NCBI GenBank assembly: GCA_977030845.1
Contig: OZ365112.1
Span: 19,592,001-19,656,000, forward strand
DNA: 64,000 bases
From: Fimbriosthenelais zetlandica
Taxonomy: Eukaryota
Reading direction: 5' to 3'
Part shown: positions 1 to 11,113 of the stretch, in pieces
How the letters are laid out: the number at the start of each line of letters is the position of its first letter
How positions within the stretch are numbered: position 1 is the stretch's first letter
Program-made: the position numbers and the translations under genes
The notes under the pieces: model-generated
The model's database searches: none
Seen by the model: only the letters and a program-made list of their open reading frames with translations
Told to the model about the DNA's origin: nothing

Positions 1-910
1 AAATCAGAAGATGATGAATTCACCAGTTATCGAAAGTCGGGCTCCGTAGATTTCCCGATCGGAGGGCGCCCCTGTCTAGAGCTTACTCTGTCCCTCCTCC
101 GACTGGCTAAACCCTCGGTGCAGCATCACTCCCCTCCTCCCCATCTCCATCTCCTCTCCCCTCAGCGCTGCCCTCGGCTGCCAGAGGAACTAGTCAGCAG
201 ACGACATGCTTGTCATTATGCCTCAGTATAATGTATGCAAGCAGACGCATGTATCTGCTGCTATGAGGAATTAAACCAGCAGCAGACGAATAGATTGGCT
301 CATGGAAGGGAATATGTGTTGTATATTACATTGACGACTGTAAGTTGATTGCAGCCGCCATTGTTGTTTTGTGCCGCAGCTGAGTTTTCATTGGAGGTAG
401 ATGCCGGGTGGCTGAAGTTGCAGCAGCAGCAGGAATGCTTTTGTATTAAAGCAATGGCGGCAAGTGCTCCCGAGGCGTCAGCTTTGCTATTGTAAAGCTC
501 CGAAGCAAACATCGGCAATAGTTAGCATCCTACAGAGAGAAGAGGCTGTCCAAGAACAATTGACAAAACCTGGGTCATGATGCAATGGGTATACACCACA
601 AGTGTTATAAGGTGAACAAAAGAAGGCCCGTCCAGGAGTCCAGTTAGGACAAGGACTGTCCATGCTCCCCTTGAAACTAACCCTTTCCCTTTCAGGCCAT
701 TGTCTATTATATACAAGTAAATAACATGTCAATACCATAGGGATTAGATGACTAGAAGGAGAATTACCTCCCACCCCCAATAGTCCAAATTTTGTAGACA
801 TCTTTCCTCATCCAATTCCCTTCATCCCATCATCAGACAGACAGCCTGTGGAACTCTCTCTCCCCTGGAGGAAGAAGGTTATTGATCCGTCGGTCATAAA
901 TTAGCATAGC

Positions 911-924
911 ATTTCCATGGCAAC
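911..924 (+). promoter_or_regulatory. Near-consensus RFX X-box (ATTTCCATGGCAAC)
   Basis: 13/14 match to GTTTCCATGGCAAC; the first G is replaced by A. Confidence 0.3.
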
Positions 925-3681
925 CAAGCCGATGCTGTGATAATGTTAGTGGAAGGCGGGAATGGATTAGGCAAGGGTAGAGGAAGGCTCTATAGAGGTC
1001 TAGTCTATACAATGGGGTACAGATTAGACATTGTAGGAGAAATACCACTAAGCCACCAGCCACATCTAAATGATGAACATACACAGAACCAAGGTATAAG
1101 AATTATTACATAGATGGATTAAATTGACCGTTAGACTTAACCCTAAGTGTATAATACCTTAACTAGTCCATCAATAATGCTCTGAACACACGTTGGTCTG
1201 AGCCCTATCGAATGTCATAAGAGACAGCGATTGGCGTAATTAGGTTTGTGCATGTTAAAGGGTCATAAAAATATCGGCGAAACCAAAGTTTACAGTAAAA
1301 AATGGTCCCGAGTCAGGTCAAGGGGGCGAGTCACTTAAGGACATAATGTTTGTAATAGTGTCAATAATATAGGGTGTTATACTAGTTTCCTTTTATATTA
1401 AATGGATTTGCTATCTAAATAATAAACCACCTTTCATAGTCTCTAGTCTACATAGCTCTCAGTCTCTGCCTCTCTTAATGGCGAGCAATTGCCAATTGCC
1501 TCAGTGCATGAGAGTAGCTCTAATACATCGATCTTTGTTTAGCTCTTCTATTATTTATAACCGGATCTTTCCGATCCAATAAAATAATGGACTCTATTTT
1601 TGTGCCCAGAGGCAGGCAGGAATACGCCTGTGGTCGGAGTTCAATATTAGACGCGCGTATAGGAGGTGTAACTGATTCATTCACCCATACACAAATGTTC
1701 CCAGTGTTACTGAATGAAGCCTTAAAATTGAGGGAGAAATTATTCCAATGACGCAATCATTGGTAATCATGACATAAAAAGGCTTTCTAAAGTTGGCAGC
1801 AGTTGCAGGGCCCAAGGTCAGAAATTATTCAGCGAGACACGCCAAAAAAAATGGGAGGCAAGTCCGGGAACGATCCAAGTGGTACCAATCATGCCATTCG
1901 ACACCAATGTCCTAAAAGGGGCAGTCGCAAGTTTATTCATATGACATTGATAACAAGACGTATTATTCATTAGAGGAGGATTTTATGTTAAAGTTATCCA
2001 CTAGTTCTGAATATACATCTGTAGTTTGAATTAAATGAACCTCATATGGGTATAGGCAATTGAAAGTTCATACTTTCAATCATCACATAATGGGAAATGT
2101 TCCATCTATATATGCTCTAATGCTGGTCATTTATCCCATCGTTGTACACATGGTACACAACTGCAACAACTTCATCCTCTGCAACCAGCTCTTGTGTGCA
2201 GACAGAATCCCTGGCGCCTAATAAATAAGCACCAGAGCCATGGGAACATTTTTGTGTACTACTACCAGCTCCTGAGTTGTGAGGGGGAGTAGGCTCTGAG
2301 AGGGAGGCAGTAGCCGGTGGTATAGGAAGCAATTCACTTTTATGCTAGTGAAGGACTTAGAGGGAGGTCCAGAGAAAGGGGAAGTGAAAGAATAGTGTAG
2401 ATAAGGAGGAAGAGGGGCAAGATAAGAATGGCGATTAGGGTCTATAGCTATATCAGTCCTCCAGGGTGGCCTGCATCCATCCATCTTACCCTGGATAGGA
2501 AAAGTTGCTGCTTCCTGTCCGTGAGTCAAATTTATGATAAACTGACCAAGGTCATTCAATGTGGTTTGTATGTCCAGTATAATGATAAGAAGGGATCCAG
2601 GGACTTGAAGAACTTCTGATAGAAGGAAAGGAAAGTTCAGAAGGCTTTAGTTTTTTTCTCATGTTGACGAAAAGGGGAGAATTCAGGAGGTAATTCAGCA
2701 CTTGGGGTCAAAGGAACATCATTCATCATTTTTTGGCTGTCTGGGATTCCCAGGAAGGGCAGGACTTGTTACAATATCCGCCAGTTGTTGGGAACTGCGT
2801 AGAAGGCAGGCCCGTTCTGGCTCCAGCTACAGACAGTTTATGGAGGATGAGTGGGCCTATTTTACCCTGGGGATTCTACATTTCTACCACTAGTCCCAGG
2901 TGATGCGCCATGCAGCCTTCTCCACCTTCTGTATCTGAAGGCAATGTCTGGGTGTCAATCACCATGGGGGATGTTTCTCACGTCATCCCCCTGTACGCAA
3001 CTTCAGCTTCCCCACCATCACAATATTCACCACTTTAACTGGCTCATTTGGGCAGACTGATTTTTAAATTATGGCTGCATATCTTAAATTAAAATGCAAA
3101 CCAACTTAAATCAATGAAGATAGCCAAAATTGATGTTTCAATGGAAACTTGGCTAAAGTGGCAGGGACTTTTCAGAAAACAAGATCTCAGGATGGGGAAA
3201 TTCATGCATAGTCAATTCCATAAATCCTATCTCGTGGAGAAATGCCTGTACATGTAGCGAGCAGGTAGCAGAACCTTCAGGTGGAAATGAAACCTAATAC
3301 ATGTATAGGCCTATATGTACAGCAGCCAGCCTTCCAGTTGTGTAGCAGTAATCAATACATTGATCGTAGGTCAGTATCAATATAATACATTCAGAAATAG
3401 CATTCATTAGTCACTTTGTGACCAGTCATACATACATAACTCAGGATTTCCAACTATAAAAGTTGTGAGAATATAAATACGACTAAAATCAATATATGAG
3501 AAATTTGTTGTCCTTGTACGTAAAGATATGGAAAGCTATAGCTTTGATTCAACAGTTTTCCTCACTCTATCCCCCTTCCAGCCCTCACTATTCAGGAAGA
3601 ATATTCCCCCAGCAATGTCCTGGAATGGCCCGGTCCTGCCCTCCAGCATTGCTGCTACCAGTGTGCATGGGCCGTGCAGAA

Positions 3682-3714
3682 ATGACGTCATCGTACGAAG
3701 GTCAAAAGGTCATG
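3682..3714 (+). promoter_or_regulatory. CRE palindrome plus perfect nuclear-receptor DR2 element
   Basis: ATGACGTCAT at 3682-3691. AGGTCA-AA-AGGTCA at 3699-3712. Confidence 0.45.
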
Positions 3715-4058
3715 GAGATGAACGACGAATGATAAAATTGACGTTCTACTGAGCTATGTCCTCATGGGAGATGTCTCTGCCCTCAAAGCAAACAGAAGAC
3801 CTGGATGATCGAATATTCTAGGGGACATATTCAATTATTTATCCATATGAAATTGGGGTAGTTACTACTATTATATGGAGTGTTCTTTCCATGTATATAT
3901 ACTGCATAGGGAAGGATTTAATGAATGTCACAGACTCTGATGTTCTGATGGAAGAAACATGTAATGAATGTCTCAGACTTAGTTCTGAAGGAGGGCCATG
4001 GCATCTGTGAGTCAGACTTATTTGCGCAGGATTTTGCTTGTGTGGGATGGTGGTGGTC

Positions 4059-4086
4059 GGGTGATGGGGTGGGGGGGGGGGGGGGG
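4059..4086 (+). repeat. G16 homopolymer in a G-rich tract; G-quadruplex-capable
   Basis: GGG-TGAT-GGGG-T-G16 (G run at 4071-4086), followed by a purine-rich stretch to about 4240. Confidence 0.85.
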
Positions 4087-5193
4087 CGTGTCTGAGGAAG
4101 ATGTCGGTTGGGGAGGTTATGGGGGAGAGAAAGAGAAGAGGAATATATTGAGATAGTAGCTGTAAAAGGGGGATAGGGAGGGGCTCTCTGAGGTAGGAGG
4201 TGGGAGGTTGCAGGCAGGAGGGGAGGTAGTATAGTAAGAATTGGGGGTGAATGTCCTTCGCCTTGGTAGGGAGCCATACAGCCTTTGCCCAGAGCCTGGA
4301 TATATTGATCGGTCTGAAACCGGCCTGCCACCACTACCAGCGATACAGCAAACATACAACCAACTAATATATGATATTAGCATCTCAACATACATATCTC
4401 TCCCATTCCTGTCTCCATGCACTTAGGCTATGTTGTGCATCTATTTAATATGGACATTTTTATAGACGTAAGCCTATTTCTCCCCATGTACCTTCTACAG
4501 ATTTGTTAGCTTGTAATTTTAGTTGCAAAATGCCTTCAAGTGAACAAGTAGTCAGGTGAAGTCTTTAACAAGATCTGCAATCATTATCCATGATAACCAT
4601 TCAATATGAGTGTGTGAAGTTAAACTAACACTGTTACAGGCAATGGCAATTGGCATGTGAATTAAATCCTCTGAGGTAATGAAAGGTCTACATTCATTTT
4701 ACAGAAAATATGTTTCAGATTAGTTTGATGGACATGGCAAAGATTGTAATGCATAGAAATACACTTGTCATTCAAGGAATACAAGTTTTTCCTCAACTTG
4801 ATATCGAGCTCTGGCAACGATACTGAAGCGCCCCCATATGGGAATATGGCCATATATGGTGATGCAGCTTTAGGGATGCTGATGAGGATGGGATAGTTCC
4901 TGCAGCTTACATCAGGTGCCGCCAGCAACTATTGTAGTTAGCCTGGCATATCTGTGTAGGGTTAGCACTATGGTGTTTTTTTTTACAGACAGAGGTACAG
5001 CGAAGATGAAATTTTCTAGATACTTTATTTTGAATGATCCTTTTACATGAACATGTAACATGTTTAAAACCATCCAAGTAATTCTATGATATTACCAAAG
5101 AGACCTTTCCCTCATCATCATTAACCTTAAGGACTAAGTAAAACTTAACTCTTAACTCTATAGCTATATGAAACTCTTGTTACAATACCTCAC

Positions 5194-5229
5194 CGGCATA
5201 AAGATGTTCACGTCATCAAATTTACATAC
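5194..5229 (-). other. Candidate 36-nt cryptic/RS exon
   Basis: Starts after the acceptor CAG at 5232-5230 and ends at CCG|GTGAGG (donor 5193-5188). Phase-0 reading VCKFDDVNIFMP is open; the other two frames contain stops. Confidence 0.3.
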
Positions 5230-5258
5230 CTGAAAAGATAAAAAAATATTGGTTAGTA
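5224..5258 (-). other. Acceptor abutting donor: putative recursive splice site
   Basis: Minus strand reads TACTAAC-CAATATTTTTTTATCTTTT-CAG|GTATGT: a perfect branch-point heptamer, a U-rich tract, CAG, then a consensus donor. Confidence 0.55.
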
Positions 5259-6535
5259 TCCGCCTGTTAATTCATAGCAAAGTTTGAATGTATATGTTAT
5301 ACGGGATTAAATATAAAGGATTATTATGACCTGTATGAATGGGGGTGACACTTTAACGACCTGTAGAGTTTTTATGGAGGGAAATTTATGTGAGGATTTT
5401 TCTAAAATCCTTACATCAATGAAAGCCTAGCGATGAAATATTTGGTCTATATCATTTTGTATGGGACGCCGGTAAGGTGGGCATGTTGAATATTTAAACA
5501 TAGCTTTTACATTTGTATTGACTAGCAATAGGTGGACCCCTATGTACACAAATCATGATTGGATATCTGTGTATAGATATAACCGGGCAAAAGTGGGAAT
5601 GGGCAATGCAACAGTGAGCAAATACCAAAGGGAAATGTGAAATATGTATATATCTGGAGACCATGCAATGATTCGGGAATGGTCAAGTCAACATAGAGCT
5701 GTAGTCATACAGGTCTGTGGCTATAGGAATAATTAGCAGATAGAAGCATATATAATGGAGCCACAGAATATATGGCATTCATTGACATCTGATAATCTGG
5801 CCGACATTAGTGGCAGACAGAGGTTGCAATGGCCATTCAACTTCCATGCACATGAAATAGTAACTAACTTATTGTTTCAGCAATATTGGAGTAATGATTC
5901 AAATGTTCAAAAGGATCAAACACCTAAAAGAATCTATGGCAATTCGGGAATCTTATATCTGTTTCTGTGCTTTATAATGAATTGCACTTTAGCAATGTGC
6001 AGAGGATACCAATGATTCCTTTGGGTATTTGCCTCTGTACTATAACTGCAATTACATATCGTGTTTATCCCTGTTTATACAGCGACACATAAGCTGGAAT
6101 CCACATGTGGTGCCCTTACAATTCTGCATGATCGATTGCTTTATACATGCCACTTACAATCTTGCAATCTCACAGCATGACCAACAGACAATATTTTCAC
6201 TATCAGTCAATAATGCAAGCAGCTTCCCATCCCCCAACACACACTTCTCCCGCGATCTCATTTCTAGATAGGAGCGAGGAGAAAAGCCTTGGAGATTGAT
6301 ACAGTAATAGGTCCCGAGGATACAACCACTAACACGGGGAGCACTCCGGCACTGCCATGTTGGTCTTGGTAGATTAGTGAAAGGGAAGCGCATGAAGTTG
6401 TATGCAATTTCCTTAAATATGACCCAGAGTTAATTGAATGTAGGATCTGCCAAGACTGAACCTATACTAAGTAAAACAATTAACATACTTTTGGAGACTT
6501 TCCGTCACAGACAAATAGGGAAATCTTTCTTATAC

Positions 6536-6686
6536 CATTTCAGAGAGGGAGAAATTAGTCGGGGAGGCCTTCATCAAGGATGTTGATGCTGTTGCTTGGT
6601 CCTCCTCCTTCATCTTCTCAACCACCGTCTCTCCCTGTCTTAACTTCTTATCCTTCTTTGTTTTCATCTTCCCTTTCTTCAATAAA
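6536..6686 (-). CDS. Possible isolated 151-nt coding exon (Lys/Glu-rich), product unknown
   Basis: Acceptor TTAATATTTGTGTAG at the 6687 side. One open frame: LLKKGKMKTKKDKKLRQGETVVEKMKEEDQATASTSLMKASPTNFSLSEM. Ends at a weak donor ATG|GTATAA. Confidence 0.2.
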
Positions 6687-8025
6687 CTACACAAATATTA
6701 ATCTCAGACTCCAGAGGAACCTATAGGAAGGTCAATCAGGCCACGGTTTGATACAGGGAATATAATGGTTGCTTTGTATCCTGCACCATGGCTATATCAC
6801 CATACACAAATTTCCTTCCAAGATACACATATAAATGACCTCCTCAGCCAGAAAATAAGTGGCAGGGAGACCAAATAGAACGGAAATTCTTTTGGGAATT
6901 TCTCCTTCTCTCATTCCTATAATCCAAAGATGGATGGAGAAGACAGTCCTATAGGTATGGCAATTGTCAGGCAAATTGACAGTCTATAGTTGTATGTCTA
7001 TAATCCCAAATGGGAGGGATTTCTGCTTCCAGTCCCTCAGGCTCCATTGATGGCAAGTGAGCTGGTAGTAATGTACGAGTACAGATTGCGCCAGATGTTC
7101 CACCCACAGGATCATATATATTCTATATAGGTAGACACAACTCATCTACAGCATGCAGCCTGCCAGTGTCTGGTTAAGAAGTAAGGCCATCAGTCCTGCC
7201 ATGTCCACTCTATGGGAGGAGATGAAGTAATAGACCGGACATACGCTCTTGGACATTGGTTGGTTACTGGAGGTGGCCAGGAGGGGACTCTCCGTGCGCA
7301 CCCATAGGTGGCATGGCCAATCTGGTATATATACGGGATGCTGCACCAGACAGTATGGGCTTTGCTCACATGTGGAGCAGAATAAAATTCAAATTCTGCC
7401 AAATTAAATACTTTTGCCATCCAACTACCATAGAATTGCATTGGTCATTCCAAAGAATTAAACCGAATTAATGCCATGATGCAAATCAATGCAAAAGCCA
7501 TCCAGCAATCCGTTTTATATTACGAGAGGACCTCATCTCATTAAGGGAACGTTGAATCACAGTTATACTGTGGACTGCCATGGAATATAACTCCACAGGC
7601 AACATTTAATACACAGGCCTTTTCATTAGGGGAGGAACGTGCATTACAGCCAGACGCTAACATTATAAAGCAGCATTATTACACAATCAGGCATCAGGTC
7701 AGATGGACAGGGAAATTACCGCTGGCTGTTTTATGGCAAAAAGCTTTTTACTCTTGTCATAGGGACAGAAGTACTCTATATAAGCTGGTGGATAACATTG
7801 TAAAGGATTGTATGTAGATTTGAATTGAACTCTAATCAGACTGAAATTATAGTGTCTAGACATAATATGAGTCTGGTCGAGATATAATTCAAATGTAGGC
7901 ATTGGAATAGTGGGCGTGGGGCAGGTAAGGAGACCGGGAGAGAGGAAATGGAGAAGCTGATATATGTCAGGTCTGATGATATAATCGCCTTGTTCAGCTC
8001 TATGTATAACACTGAGATTATGTAA

Positions 8026-8042
8026 AGGTCACCAAAAGGTCA
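8026..8042 (+). promoter_or_regulatory. Perfect DR5 nuclear-receptor element (RARE-type)
   Basis: AGGTCA-CCAAA-AGGTCA. Confidence 0.45.
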
Positions 8043-11000
8043 TATCGAGTCTACCATTACGGCAGACGCAAATATCACCAGAGCTCGGAAGCAGTGGGGC
8101 GCAAATCCAATGATTACCAATGAGCAGTCTCATAGGTCTAATTAGATTGTCCATAGTGATTGTTACCCATGGGCAAGCTTCCATATTGAATTTAAATAGC
8201 ATAGCACAATGGCTACTATGCCGGACAATTCTACTGTTGTCAGTGATTTGGATGAAAACCATCCATTTGTAAATAGATTTGATTTAAACGATATGGGCTA
8301 ACAGGGCTGCAGTCCCATAAATGCTATTGGAGACATTGGTATTAAGGTACATTAAAGGTCACCAGTCTTCTGTCCATACAGGTGACACGCCCGAATTTCA
8401 CAGGTGAGTAGTATAAGGAAATGTAGCAGATAATCAGGCAATGAAGCAAGGCGGTATCTTTTACTATACACACAAGGCAAATAGATAGTGAAACAGTGAT
8501 AGTGAAGGGACCGCCCCATCCTATACACTAATGTACTGTAGACCGCAGAGATGGTAGCAATGTGTAATGTGGTTAATGTAAGCTCTGAGCGCTGACTCAT
8601 TTACACAGTCCTGTGGTCCAGGTTTTATTCTGGTCATCATTATATTGTGAAGGTTCATGCTTGGAACGGTGACAATAACGCCTACACGAGACGAAAGTGA
8701 GAGAGAAAAAGAGCACCCTGAGTAGGCTCCTCGTCACACTCAGGAAGATAGAGGTCAGAACCAATACCAGACAGACGCAATGTTAGGCGCCATTACATTT
8801 CCCAACACTTCATGAACAACTAAAAGAAATATATCTTAACATTTTCCATACCAAAATACCTAGATAAATAAGTGTCCCGCTTCCTATAAATTAGAAGGAC
8901 AGTGCCTTTATCATGTATATTTTAATCATAGAAAATACCAGCTTCCGGGGATTTCAGAGACTTCCGGTTGCAGGTGTGTAGACCTAGATATAGCCTATAG
9001 ATAGCCTGAAGTGAGGATGCTACTAGTAGCCTACAAGTAAATCACATGTACAATGATTCAGAAGTCTTCTGTGAATTTGACCTGAGCTCATATCAGGTTA
9101 TTTTTAGCCACAATCTGCGGGCTAGATATGACAATCTATAGCAGTGTGTGGGTGGTACTAAAGCTCTATTCCATATAGTACTAAAAGATCATAGGAAACT
9201 CACAATCGAAAATGATAGAATGGCATACCACGGACAATTGACCTGCACACGTAAATTGTACAAAGGCTATTGCATGAACCATAGAGATAACAAAAGATAT
9301 CCATAATTTAATTCTGGAGACCTTGATATCCAATGTAGCACAAGTAATGAGATATGTGGGTATTTTATGAGGGAATGGTCATATCAGTGTGACACATAAA
9401 ACACTGGACCCCATGTACTCTCACTACATGATGAACCCGATAATTGCTCGCGTGCCTATAATGGCATGATAAAAGTAGGCTAACATGCCTATAATTGGAA
9501 ACCAATTATCACCTCATATTGCGAGCATATATGCTCATCCCTTATTGCCCTTTTTATAACACATTTAAGAGGGCCTCTTTCCCCTTCATATAGCAGATAT
9601 ATGGATTGATTAATGGCAGAACAATTCATCGCCATTTTCTGGACTGATAATGTGAAGAAGAGTTTAAGCTGTTGAAAGTATGTTAACATACTTGGCACAC
9701 ATCCTTCTATAGTCTTTGACGGACTGTAGGCTATACAATTACACGAAAGGCATCCACACTGAACATAATTAGAGATATATTGTGAAACCTTGGTAGCACA
9801 GTATATAGTTTGGCACCGGAGATCCTCCGCCTCCTCCCGCCTACATTATATTCACGGTTCTGAGACGTTAGGTTCATGTACACAGGCCCCTGGTATATAT
9901 GTATATATGGCAGCATGTCAATGCACCATGGAGTATTATTTACACTGGCTATGTCCGGTGTGGTTTTGGTATAGTCTTTCTTGCTAACTGTTTCGGGGAA
10001 ATAATCCATCATCATGTATTTCTTTGAGGGTGGAAAAAGGGAGTATGTCCATTGAGATTGATCGGCTCCTATATCTCTATTCCATACTTTCTATAAGTAA
10101 TGTATAGTAGCCATGTGAGTTTAAAATTATAAAATAACATGTAACCTTATACTAAAACAACAAAAATGCATCACATGATAATTCTCAAAATAGTACTTTC
10201 TCAAAATTTATGTAGTAATGTTAAGTATTTTCAACAGAGAACTCACATGAAATTGATGACATAGACGGATAGGTTAATTGAGGACAGGCTGTAACTATGA
10301 CCGCATTCAATACTACATAAACACATACCTCTTCACCGCCTTCCAGTGACCCGTCCCATGTTAAATATGGGTCTGCAAGCCTTGCACTTTTAAGAGCCGG
10401 CATGTTTAAATACTCTCTGGGTATCCTTTTGTATTAATAATGCTACACGAAAATCCACTGCGCTGGAGATGCAAAAACTCAAATCCAAAGACACAACACC
10501 TAGTAAAATCTCTCCTCTTATGAAGTAATTCAATTCCTACGCTTAATCTCATTTGACTCAACAATGATCGAAATATTCCAGTGGGAAATCCTTCCAGTCC
10601 AGCTAGTAGACCGTTTTCTCTAATGAAGAGGCTCTATAAGCCCTCAGTAGCTCTGAGCTGATAGGAAAAAGATGATGATGAGCATTAGAACTGAGAGTAT
10701 TTGTAAGGGATGGGAATAGTATGAGGAAATGTCAAGGCACTGTCATGGCCCTCTCTCTCTGGCCTACTTGTGTATTCTCCACGACCTAGAGCCGGTCAGA
10801 GGCTACAGCTATCTATGCTACTGACTATTATAATGTCCGGGTTACCACTACACATAGAGGCATAGAAAAAACAACCTTTGGACCTAAAGTGACCTGTGAA
10901 AATCACTTCGCAATTTACGGTGGATTCTAATTGAGAATGAAAAAACATACTTTGATCCAATCATTAGACATTCTTTTCCATCCCAAATATTCAAGCTATT

Positions 11001-11099
11001 TTATTTTTACTAGTGGTTAAAAGTCAGTGGCAAGGTCGTTTGAGTGTAGACATGCTAGTCTTTGCACTTCACAGACCAGACATGTCACTACGGTTTATG

Positions 11100-11113
11100 G
11101 TTTCTATGGCAAC
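11100..11113 (+). promoter_or_regulatory. RFX X-box (GTTTCTATGGCAAC)
   Basis: Full match to the X-box consensus GTHNYY-AT-RRNAAC. Confidence 0.5.

Noticed and set aside
2702-2960. TPR-like peptide pieces (EWAYFTLGILHF and LYLKAM) in two frames
   Set aside because: The spacing does not fit a 34-residue TPR, and a stop and a frameshift intervene.
8382-8409. Plus-strand CAG|GTGAGT as another recursive site or a 22-nt microexon
   Set aside because: The upstream sequence (ACGCCCGAATTTCA) is not a convincing pyrimidine tract. It is best read as an ordinary donor-like match expected by chance.
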